Shown here: positions 18,522 to 29,226 of the stretch, in pieces
Layout: each line of letters starts with the position of its first letter
How positions within the stretch are numbered: position 1 is the first letter of the stretch
Notes under the pieces: model-generated
What the model saw: only the letters and a program-made list of their open reading frames with translations
The model's database searches: none
What the model was told of the DNA's origin: nothing
Made by a program: the position numbers and the translations under genes
NCBI GenBank assembly: GCA_024181965.1
Contig: BQXS01012504.1
Span: 1 to 38,722, forward strand
DNA: 38,722 nt
Reading direction: 5' to 3'
DNA from: Aduncisulcus paluster
Taxonomy: Eukaryota

Positions 18522-21029
18522 CTAATCCTGAAAGAATATTTCAACACCCGCACTGGTGCTTTCGATAAGATCATACATAGATTGCTTCAATTCTCTTTCC
18601 TTTTCTATTGGTATGGTTGCAAGTATCTTCTTACTTGGCAAAGAGTATTTAATAAAGGAATACTCGGGCATATATATGTGAGAATTTGCTTCATCTTTGT
18701 CATCTAAGCACTTAAAATCGATCAAAGTTCCAGACATTATGTCAAAATAGTTAGTTTCTGCCAAACAATCAGGTTTTAGCTCCTTTCCTCTTAAAGAGGT
18801 GAAATTACGCCGTTTTCCAAGATCTGAGAAAGGCAAATCCACCAGAAATCTCATATCTGTATAAAATCTAGTTGCATAATTTAATCCATTGAATTCAAGA
18901 GATGGAGAAGTTTTCATTGAAGGTATCACAGATATCATAGGAATGTCGTGCAAATGCTTGGATATATATGATTTTGCAACATGGGAGATAATATTATATA
19001 GAAACTCAAGCAAGACCTGAAGGATATAACAGTTTCGCATGTATCCATATATTTCAGGTGATAGTTGAGGAATCAGGGTCTGAACAGAGGAGAATTTTGT
19101 TACCATGATATACCAATACTCTCCTCTGTAATTATCACGTATCCTCAGATACCATTCATGGAGATATACTCTGATATTATCGTATATGCGAGTTGTCAGG
19201 GAAGGAGTAACACACAAATTCGTGAAAAACTCGAAAAGTTTCCCATAATCAATGTCAAACGCACTATCTTGCTTTTCTTTCTCCAAAATCGAGGCAAGTA
19301 CAGGATGAAACAGAGAGAAAGCTTCAGAACAAATAAGTTTCTTGCTTTCTTCATGTTCAGTTTTGCTTGGATTTGTTACAAATACCAATATATCTTGTAA
19401 CTCTTGAAAAAACCCATCTTTTTTACAATTCAAAAAACGCCTAAAATGTGGCTTAATGAGAGATAAAATTCCCGATTTAGTAGATAATGTCTGCGAAATT
19501 GATATATTTCGGAGAGTTTTAATTAAAATAAGATCAGAATTTTCATGTTTGATTTCAAACAGATGTTGGAAGGATGGATATATTTTAGAAAGGAGAGAAT
19601 CGCGCCGAGACTCTATTATTTCAGAACAATTCAAGCATATTTCCCAAAATTTATCAAAAACAAACTCTTTTAAGACCAATTTAACCCTTAGAAGATGATC
19701 AAAGAATGTGTCATATAGATCATTAAGTTCTGGAGCAGGGAGGAACATATTTGTATTGTTATATTTGGAATAATGCTTAATGAATAAATTTAAACACTGA
19801 AAACACGTGTGAAGTTCGAGTTTGTGGATAGAATCTTCAATTTCACTTCGTGTTTGATATGAGAGAAATACTGAAAGAATGGTTTCTTTATAATAATAAT
19901 ACACTTCTGCTTTTCTTGCCAATGTCATTGACAATGATATTTGAAGAATAATGGAATTTAATTCTTTAAGAGAAGGATAGCAAGCACTAAAATATATCAT
20001 GCAATTTTCAACGTTTGTTTCAATTTTCATACATTCCTTTATGATATCATCAAATCTTGGCGATATTTGGGGAACAAGAGATGAAACGGAGACAAATGTG
20101 GAAAGAAAAGAAGGAACAAAGGTTTTGGCATGGTCATTATCAATAGAAAATGAAATAATATCATCAATCCACGGATTCAAGAATGGGTTAATTACGGTGA
20201 ATATTTCAACAGAATGTGAAGGAAGAGAGCTGAGGTTTCGAAAGAATAACAAACAAGAAATTATTGTTTCGATTTTGATTCCTTTTGATTTATAATCTTT
20301 CACCCAATCAAAAATAGGACGGAATAGGAACCAAAGCTTTGAGGAACGATCTAAATTTGGAATACTTCTTTCTTGGGTCAGATTTCCAAGTATACTGGCC
20401 CACAATGACATGAAATGAATATCTGGATACTTTTCCATCCAAGCAACAATATGATCCGTTATGGGGCCTATAAGGAAGTCCTTGGTGGATGAATAGTCAA
20501 GTTTTGTAGTTTGCAGACATATTTCAAGGATATCTTCGACAAATGTATCCTGGAATGTCATTTCAAGTCCAAGAGGGAATAATGTTGGGAGATGTGAAAT
20601 AAATTGGGGGAAAAAGGAATAAATTCCACCATTGTAGATGGACTGACGGAGCATAGTACTAATAAGTTTAAAAACGGTCATGGAAATTAGGTTTACGACT
20701 GTGCCTTTTGTCTCAGTATCATGTCTCCAAAGAAATTCGAAAATATGAATGATTGGTTGAAACAATTGAGAAAATAAGGAAGTAAATGAGGCTTGATCAT
20801 CCTTAAAAAAGTCAATAAATATATCAATGACTTCGAAACAACGATAAAATAAATCTCGACGCGCAATAATAGAAGAGGGATGAAAACTCAGAGAAAAAAG
20901 AGACAAAAATGCAGGGAAAAAATCTGTTTTAATAGAATTAATAATTTGGGGAGATTTTTCCTTGATGTCTAATCTCAATTTTGCGATCGATTTAGAAGAA
21001 AAACACTTTTCCACATTGGGAACCGACAT
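18522..21029 (-). CDS. Lineage-specific ARM/HEAT-like helical repeat protein, 835 aa
   Basis: Leu/Ile/Phe-rich helical ORF with an internal duplication (LWFLFRPIF..LLFFRNLS..LNPW..SLVPQISP vs AFSLFHPVL..FEFFTNLC..LHEW..TLIPQLSP). Confidence 0.75.
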   Translation of the reverse strand: MSVPNVEKCFSSKSIAKLRLDIKEKSPQIINSIKTDFFPAFLSLFSLSFHPSSIIARRDLFYRCFEVIDIFIDFFKDDQASFTSLFSQLFQPIIHIFEFLWRHDTETKGTVVNLISMTVFKLISTMLRQSIYNGGIYSFFPQFISHLPTLFPLGLEMTFQDTFVEDILEICLQTTKLDYSSTKDFLIGPITDHIVAWMEKYPDIHFMSLWASILGNLTQERSIPNLDRSSKLWFLFRPIFDWVKDYKSKGIKIETIISCLLFFRNLSSLPSHSVEIFTVINPFLNPWIDDIISFSIDNDHAKTFVPSFLSTFVSVSSLVPQISPRFDDIIKECMKIETNVENCMIYFSACYPSLKELNSIILQISLSMTLARKAEVYYYYKETILSVFLSYQTRSEIEDSIHKLELHTCFQCLNLFIKHYSKYNNTNMFLPAPELNDLYDTFFDHLLRVKLVLKEFVFDKFWEICLNCSEIIESRRDSLLSKIYPSFQHLFEIKHENSDLILIKTLRNISISQTLSTKSGILSLIKPHFRRFLNCKKDGFFQELQDILVFVTNPSKTEHEESKKLICSEAFSLFHPVLASILEKEKQDSAFDIDYGKLFEFFTNLCVTPSLTTRIYDNIRVYLHEWYLRIRDNYRGEYWYIMVTKFSSVQTLIPQLSPEIYGYMRNCYILQVLLEFLYNIISHVAKSYISKHLHDIPMISVIPSMKTSPSLEFNGLNYATRFYTDMRFLVDLPFSDLGKRRNFTSLRGKELKPDCLAETNYFDIMSGTLIDFKCLDDKDEANSHIYMPEYSFIKYSLPSKKILATIPIEKERELKQSMYDLIESTSAGVEIFFQD

Positions 21030-21095
21030 GATCGAAAATGTTTCTATCAGAATTCATAATAATACATAAAAATAACAATTAATAACGGTTTGAAT

Positions 21096-21171
21096 GGAAA
21101 AGCAAAGGCGAAAACGAGAATATAACAATTAGACATACTTTAAAAGGAAAAGTAAAGGCGAAAACGAAAAT
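21096..21171. repeat. 26-nt imperfect direct repeat, period 50, upstream of the ARM-like gene
   Basis: GGAAAAGCAAAGGCGAAAACGAGAAT and GGAAAAGTAAAGGCGAAAACGAAAAT. Confidence 0.7.
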
Positions 21172-21692
21172 AAAAACCAAACTTATGCGAATAAACAAAT
21201 ATTAAGTTTTGAAAAAAACTTTCAGTGTTACAATAGCGAAGATTCTGTGTGTTTGGGATCAATATCAAATTAACTGAACTTTTAGATATTTATAGATTTG
21301 TTAATTTATTCATTATGATAATATTGCATATAATTTAGTATATTATCTTATGCTTTACGATTGTAATTGATTTGAGTGGCTAGAGGTTGACACTCTCAAA
21401 ATATAGTGTCTTAAAATCTGTAAAATTATTTATTTTTATATTTTCTGTAATTTTTTTATGGATTTAAGCTCTTTCTTCCCCATTTTTATTCGATCTTGAG
21501 TCTCAAGACTTGAGATCTACTCCAACATTTTGTTTTCCTATTGAATTTTTGATATTTGTGACGATTTTGGAAGAATAGCCACATAAAATCTTCTGCAAAG
21601 AAGTTTTCAAAAATATGTGATCTAAAAATAGAAATTCTAAAAATAGATTTTGGCTTTTCTTTTGCTCGTTATTTTGAATAAAATGTAACAAT

Positions 21693-22859
21693 TCACTTCT
21701 CTTGGGCTTTTTCCCAAGGTAATAAACATAGTCGTTCAATGGCTGTTTTTTCATGTTCTTTTCTGGCGAGTTCATGTTCTTTTCTGGCGAGTTCTTTTGA
21801 AAGAGTGAAGAGAAGTTCATAAATTCGAAAATATCGACTATTTTTCTGTTCCCATGATCCTTTTCCTTCGATCTTACACGAAACTACTTTTGATAAATGA
21901 ATGGGAAGGAAATGCCATTCAGAACTATGCATGGGCCTTGAAAATTGATATTTCTTGCATGTTTTCCTCCCATCAGAGTGAATAAAAGTGAAAAGGAGAG
22001 TGGGGGAACAGAATCTTCCATCTACCAATATGTAAGCTCCACTCATGTGGCTTGGGGCAGGGAAAGGGATAAGAAGATGGGATAATGAAAAGGGTTCATC
22101 ATCATATAATCTAATCAACTTTCTGCCAATCATGATTCGAGCATTTAAACTCATATCATAATCGATACACTGTCTACACTTTGAATTGTTCTTCGCTCTA
22201 ATCAATTCCAGAGAAGGTTTAATGATAATTGGATCATCACGTGGAAAGGGAAAAGCATAGCAGTCAAGTTCTTGGGGCTCTGTCATGATACTTGNNNNNN
22301 NNNNNNNNNNNNNNTTTAATCTCGATATCTCACAAAATACAACATCTGGAAGATCAATAGGGAGAAAATACCAATTCTGTCCAACAAATTTACAGGTTTT
22401 GGATACTTTTCTCTTCCTGGATGATACAAAAGTGAATATAATATACGATGTTAAGGGCACAGAGCGATCCATGCAGATATAAACTCCTTTCATGTGAATA
22501 GATGAGGGGAAAGGAATGGAAATATCTGTAAAAATTGCGCTAATGGCTTGTCCCCTCATCATTTTAAGAGCAGCTTCATCTTTGATATGTCCAGGGAGGT
22601 TAAATTTGATATTATGATTCCTCGCCTTTATATTAGGAAAATCTGGATTTCCAACATTGGGATCATCTCGTGGAATCGGAACACAATCTTCATTTCCTGA
22701 ATGAACGATCTCAGGAATGACAATCTAAAATTATTGTTAAATATGAATAATGAAATCAATAATTACGAGTAAAAACTGTAAATAATGATGAATTCATACT
22801 TCTTTTCTTGGGTACTTTTGTTTGGAGATACTTTGGGTTATTTTTTTCGTAAATGGCAT
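21693..22859 (-). CDS. Tandem 'PIPRDD'-domain protein (paralog 2); exons 22800-22859 and 21693-22724, spanning an assembly gap
   Basis: Exon 1 MPFTKKITQSISKQKYPRKE splices in frame to IVIPEIVHSGNEDCVPIPRDDPNVGNPDF and the 289-aa ORF. Same motifs as 670-1857. N gap at 22295-22314. Confidence 0.75.
21750..21794. repeat. 21-nt tandem duplication (ELARKEH x2)
   Basis: TTCATGTTCTTTTCTGGCGAG occurs twice in tandem. Confidence 0.85.
22725..22799 (-). other. Spliceosomal GT-AG intron, 75 nt
   Basis: GTATGA donor, TTTTAG acceptor, phase 0, supplies the missing ATG exon. Confidence 0.8.
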
Positions 22860-24088
22860 TGCGGGGTGTGGATTCTTGATAACAAAACCTATAAAGTATT
22901 AAAAAATGAACATAATATTATAATATGAAGAATGACGACGAGTATAATGAAATTTTTTTTGTTTAAAGCAAAAAACGAGATGACAGTTTGGTAAAGAGAG
23001 ACAAAGATTAGAAAATGCATTTAAACCCCACATAAAATGAAAGATATTGAAATTAAAGCGACATACAAGGTAATATTGTTTTCCAATGTAGCAAAGAATA
23101 ACATTCAATGACCAAAATTTTCGTTCTCGTTCAATAATATCAATCAGTTGGTAAAAAAATATGAATCGTTGCTCATTGTTTTATGGACATATATATTATA
23201 AATGAGAATGGAATCAACATGGTTGTTTCACACTCCAATTCAAAAACTCTCAAGTTTGTCAACATATGACTTCTTTTCGGATCTATAATCCCAAGAAATG
23301 CTAAAGATGTCTTATTTTCACTAATAATATGTCCCGGCATTCTCTTCATATTCCATCCATAGAGTTGATCTTGACTGGTTGTTTTGATTGTTGTTTCAAT
23401 CCCTGAGTATCTCCCACCTCTTCAAAGTAATTGTCGAAATATATTCACAATCAACACATTTTACTCTGCTTTGACAATTGAAATGGTGTAATTTTGTAAT
23501 TTTGAGACGATACATCTTGATCATCTTTTCGTTTTTTTTTTAGTGTCACTTCCCATATCGTTTTGGTGACCTTGTTTCCTGCTCTTTCAAGTCATAATTA
23601 ACCACTATACTCCAAAGTATTGTGGAATATTCAAGAAATATGTTGAAAAATGATTACAATCCTGTATTCGTGGTTCTCCAAACTCTAATCACCCTTGCCA
23701 ACGAACAATCAATAAATCCCTCAGATCCGCTGTAAAAGTATGTTCTAAACTCTTGTAGAAACTCATTAAATACTTTATTTTGGAAGTTTACAAACTTCAA
23801 TGTCACAGCCAAATTCGAAAAAACATCTCTTTCATCTCAGATTGATGTCATATCATGAACGACAAAGGAAGGTAATGACTTGATGAGTTACAATTAAATA
23901 AGAAGCCGATGATTAAAATGCTTGAGATATGTAAGAATTGCAAGGTAAAAGAAAGAAAATAAGACATAATATGAAGGCTAAACACAAGTATAAATGATGG
24001 ATGTCTAAAAATAGATTTTCTAAAAATAGATTTGAGTTTCCTATTTCTCATTTTTTTGGAATAATATCCCCCTTTAAATCGAAATTAC

Positions 24089-27000
24089 CTATTTGAATCG
24101 TTTTTTGTTGACAAAATAAAGACCTAGAACCCCAAGTCCAGCATACAAAACAAAATATCCCAAAATAATAAAGTAATATGCCACAATCCATCCCGTTGAA
24201 GTCCCATATACAACCGTCTTTTCCAATAAAAACTGTTCTCCTGTTTTAATACAAGGATCGGCTGGATCTGGATCGCACTGAAATGTAAGACCATAAAAAA
24301 TGAGATTCTGAATTAGATCAGAACAAAACTTATAAAACGATAGATACGAGAGCCAAGCCATGTAACTTGGTGGTGCTAAAGTTGGCAAACCGACATAGAG
24401 AAACAGCACTAAAACAGTTCCGAGTAGAATTTGGACAGTTTCAATATTAAGAATAATACTCCCTATAAATATTCCAAATGCTCGGCTACACATGTTAAAT
24501 AGATATATTGCAATCAAAATCCACATATAAATGACACCCGATGGATTCACATTTGTCAACCAATACGTTATACTAATATATACGACAACTTTTACAAAAT
24601 CAATAAGAGCAAGAGTTGCCCAAAGAGATAAATAGTAAGCCATCGTACTATATGCACCTACAGAATACTCTCGATGGACAAGATCCCGTTCATCGGAGAT
24701 CATAAGACTTGATCCATAGGCAGGAACCACAAGAAAGAAAGCACTGATAATAAAACCAACAGTTGCTCTCACTCCAACATCATCTTGAACAAAATCAAGC
24801 TGAAACCACATTGCTCCAACAATGAGAGCAAGCACAGTATACTCTAAAAAATTGAATAAACCCCTTGAAGGGTCTCGAATAACAGCTTTCATCGACCGTT
24901 TTAATAACACACTAAACTGTTTTGAAAAACTATTTTTATATTGGAACTTGTGCTTATTTCGAACTTTTCTTAATTGTTGTTCCTTCTTTCGTTGTACTTT
25001 AATTTCTCGTTTCATCGTTTTCAATTGTGACCTCGTTGGACTACACCGAGAAAATAATGATGTTTCCTCCTCTTCTTCCGTTCCAATGTTTTCTTCTTTA
25101 TCCCTGTCACCATCTTCGATTGATGTTTCTCGTGACCTTGAAACCTCCCCTTCAATTACATTTCGTAATGCAGATCCTCTAACCTCATCCTTCTTTTCCC
25201 CTTCTTCTTCTCTCTCAACCTCTTCTTTTGATGAAACAATAACCTCAGACAATCCTTCGCATAGTAACGATGTTGCCTCGGATGAACCTCCACCCTTCAG
25301 GGGAATATATGGGGAGAAATAGTATGAATGTTTCTGTTTGTCTCGTTCTGGAGAGAGCACACCCGGATCTGACAAAAGATCTTTCTTCTTAACGAATCGC
25401 AATGATTGTTCCTTGCTTGTAGTGGCTGTAACAGGAGCATAATGATATTCATAGGAATGAATAGAAGTTGCTTTTTTTATCCGCTCCCGAGAGTGCATCT
25501 TGACAACATCAGAAAGAGCAGGTGGATGATCAAGTTGATATGGCAAAACGTTGGGTTTGGGAGCCGAGGTTGATGAAGTTGTAGAACTTTGCTGAGATTT
25601 GGGAGAACGAGCACCAAAGAAAGAATTAATTGCATCCCAACTTGTATGACTCTCAAGCATGGATTGTTTCTGCTTCCCTTCTCCAGATTCATTATCTTTT
25701 GCAACAGCTTCAGCATACCTTAGATCAGCTGCGATTCGAATAATTGTTGTCAAATATTTCAATCTATCCTCATAATCCAATGAAAATGAGTGCTCTCTTG
25801 TCGAATTCTGACTCACAAGATCGATAAGATAATCAAATGGATTAACTTTAGTTGAAGGAATAGGAAATCCAATCAATTTCAAGTATGTTTCAACATCATC
25901 TGATCGGCCAAAATATGCAAGTTCCCCTTCTCCCATCACCATAATCTTGTCAAACAGAAAGAATTGGTTGCTTGCAAATATTTCAATCTATCCTCATAAT
26001 CCAATGAAAATGAGTGCTCTCTTGTCGAATTCTGACTCACAAGATCGATAAGATAATCAAATGGATTAACTTTAGTTGAAGGAATAGGAAATCCAATCAA
26101 TTTCAAGTATGTTTCAACATCATCTGATCGGCCAAAATAGCACCAAAGAAAGAATTAATTGCATCCCAACTTGTATGACTCTCAAGCATGGATTGTTTCT
26201 GCTTCCCTTCTCCAGATTCATTATCTTTTGCAACAGCTTCAGCATACCTTAGATCAGCTGCGATTCGAATAATTGTTGTCAAATATTTCAATCTATCCTC
26301 ATAATCCAATGAAAATGAGTGCTCTCTTGTATGACTCTCAAGCATGGATTGTTTCTGCTTCCCTTCTCCAGATTCATTATCTTTTGCAACAGCTTCAGCA
26401 TACCTTAGATCAGCTGCGATTCGAATAATTGTTGTCAAATATTTCAATCTATCCTCATAATCCAATGAAAATGAGTGCTCTCTTGTCGAATTCTGACTCA
26501 CAAGATCGATAAGATAATCAAATGGATTAACTTTAGTTGAAGGAATAGGAAATCCAATCAATTTCAAGTATGTTTCAACATCATCTGATCGGCCAAAATA
26601 TGCAAGTTCCCCTTCTCCCATCACCATAATCTTGTCAAACAGAAAGAATTGGTTGCTTGAAGGTCTGTGAAGTGTGGATATGATCGTCCTTTTCTTACGA
26701 ATGTGGGGAGTTCGTTTTTTTTTCTTTGGACTCGTGGGGGATGAAATCGGTTTCGTTGTTGACCTATACGAATCTCCCTCACCAGTGTGTGAAGAAGGAG
26801 GAACATTGGGAGATACAATAGAGGTTATTAAAGGATTGGACTCGGAGGGCGAAACAGATGATGATTCACTCTGTATTTTGGAATAAGGGAAAAGATGAGG
26901 GGATTGTACAACAGATTGAAGTGGTTTGACAGAATCGATGGACTCTGAATCCAACTTATCACCACTCAGATACTCGACCGAGTCAACACGCTCAGAAAAC

Positions 27001-28769
27001 CTCCCTCTTCTTGGAGGTTTCGATGAATCATCTCTATATTCTATTTCTTCTCTTCCTCTTTCTTCTTCTTCTTCTTCTTCTTCAAGTTTGTAATGATCTT
27101 TCCCCTCAGAAACTTCTGTTGAAGAGAGATTTATGGTTGTGGTTTCATTATTTTCGTGGGCTTCATCAGTGATTGTAGTCCAAGCCGTAGAAGTTGCAGA
27201 TTCAGGGAACCATCCCACAGTCGTAGGTAACACCTCTGAAACATAACCCGTCCGCTTCTCAGCTCTAAGCAAAGTGCGTTCAAGGCTCATCCCTTTGGTC
27301 ATGAACTTGAAGAGCCAGATCAGATTGTCAGCAGCAACACTATCGAGTCCACCAGTAGGTTCATCAGCAAATAATAAACCAGCATCAATAACTAACTCAG
27401 ATGCTATCATTACACGTCGCTTCTGCCCACCTGAGAGTCCTTTAATATGATTCGAGGCAATGGTATCAATTCCAAGTGCTGTGAGGAATGAATTGACAAG
27501 CAATCGTTTCATAAAAGGTTTAACTCTAGCAATTCGGAGGGTAGCATGAAAATCCACAACTTCTTTCACAGTTGCATCTTTGTTAAGAATATCTTCTTGA
27601 GGAATATAATTAACAAGCCCACGCATCCAAGTTCCAGGTTTATGTCCAAATATAAGCACTGATCCGTTGGTACCACTGTCGGGGAGCTGATCTGTCAAAG
27701 CAAGGAGCAGGGTACTCTTTCCGCAACCACTGGGTCCAATCACCGCAAGAAGATCACCCTGTTGAAGTTCAAAGGATACCTTTTTAAGGATATGAAAGTG
27801 TGATGCAGGGGGTTCGGGTTCCGAATTGAGAGTGGGCGAAGGAGGGGAAGAGAAGACAGAGGATGATGAATCGGAATGTGAGAAAACAGGGGAAGTTGAA
27901 GTGGTAATTCCACTTTTAGGTGATTTTTTATGATGTTTGGAAATTTTTCCCTTTTGTTTTTGTGCTTTTTCTTCTTTCTGCTTCGTGACCTTTTCTTTTT
28001 CTTTAATATTATGTGCCGTATCCTTTTTAGGTTTGGGTGATAATGGCGGTCTTCTCGATATTGTTGTCCGCTCATCACTTAGACAAGGAGATGTTATGTC
28101 TGCGGACGAACCAGATGATCCAGATTTTGTTGATCCAGGAATTACACTTGTCACTGGATTGAAAGAAACCGAAGATGAATAGGCCTTGAGAAGAGAAGGA
28201 GATGTTGATGAACTCTGAGACGTAATACGGGCAGAAATGAGTTCCTTTGAGACACTAGGCGAGACAACAGATTCATATTGTGTTGATATTTTGGATGTTG
28301 AACCTGAGGTTTCTCCAGGATTCGAGGATAAATGGCCACTAAGAATTAGACGATCGGGACTACTACTGTCTTCGTAATGTTCAATGGTTCCAAGATGCAT
28401 CTTGGTTTTTGCTTGTTCTTCAGGAACCCACCAATCTTTTCTTGAATTCAACCGCATTCTTTTCATATCTTCCCATTCTCGTTTCCGTTCACTAATTAAT
28501 AACTGACTTTTCTGAATCAATTTAGATATTTTAACCTTGAAACATAATTCTCTTACAACGACACTACAATCTCGAGGACTTGGAAGTCCTGAATTGATAA
28601 AAGTGATAGCATCATATAAATTCTGAAGAGTAATACCGGGGGGTTTTTTCAATTCAAGAAGTTCTTCCCGAGATGGCAGTGCAGCCAAGCATAAATCACC
28701 GATTGAAGCTTGTTCAATGATATCACAATAATTTGTGGGTTCTGCAAGAGAACTACTGGAAGGCAACAT
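24089..28769 (-). CDS. ABCG (White-family) half transporter, ~1331 aa after removing a 685-nt duplicated block
   Basis: NBD-TMD order. Walker A GPSGCGKST, Q-loop YIPQED, signature LSGGQKRRV, Walker B/D-loop LFADEPTGGLDS, H-loop TLHRPS, then an ABC2-type TMD (QFSVLLKRS; ERDLVHREYSVGAY; WLSYLSFYKF). 4681-685 = 3996 nt, in frame. Confidence 0.92.
25975..26659. repeat. Mosaic of three re-copied ABCG fragments, probable assembly artefact
   Basis: The block consists of copies of approximately 25751-25914, 25610-25800 and 25645-25974, and splits the gene into the 888-aa and 617-aa ORFs. Confidence 0.85.
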
Positions 28770-29226
28770 AAATTAAAACAAATAGTTATTTGGGAAAGAA
28801 TAATCACATGACATTTTTGGATCTTATTTCGAAACAAAGAATTTGTCATATAATTATTGACAAGAGGATAACAATTATAACATCTTTAAAGCATAAGTTT
28901 ACCATTTTATATGGTATATTCTCCTTGAAGAGATCCCAAATGCCAATATATCATTGTAGAAGAGCAAAATGTAAGTTTTCGATTTTCAGTCATTCACTTC
29001 AAAACCAAGAATATATTTCGATATTGACAAACAAAATAACATTTCAGATTACATATTACAACGAAATTTTCCCAGTCTACTCAGAAAGTTTTGCCAAAAC
29101 TCCAAATACAGCAGCATTTTGCTTGTTTCTCGTAACGTGGATAATTTGTAGAATAATCCAATTAATTACTTTAATCAAAACTCAATATAATTTTTATTTT
29201 GAAGACTAGAATAAATACCTCACTAT

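Noticed and set aside
28790-29209. 139-aa TTG-start ORF
   Set aside because: AT-rich intergenic composition and no motifs.
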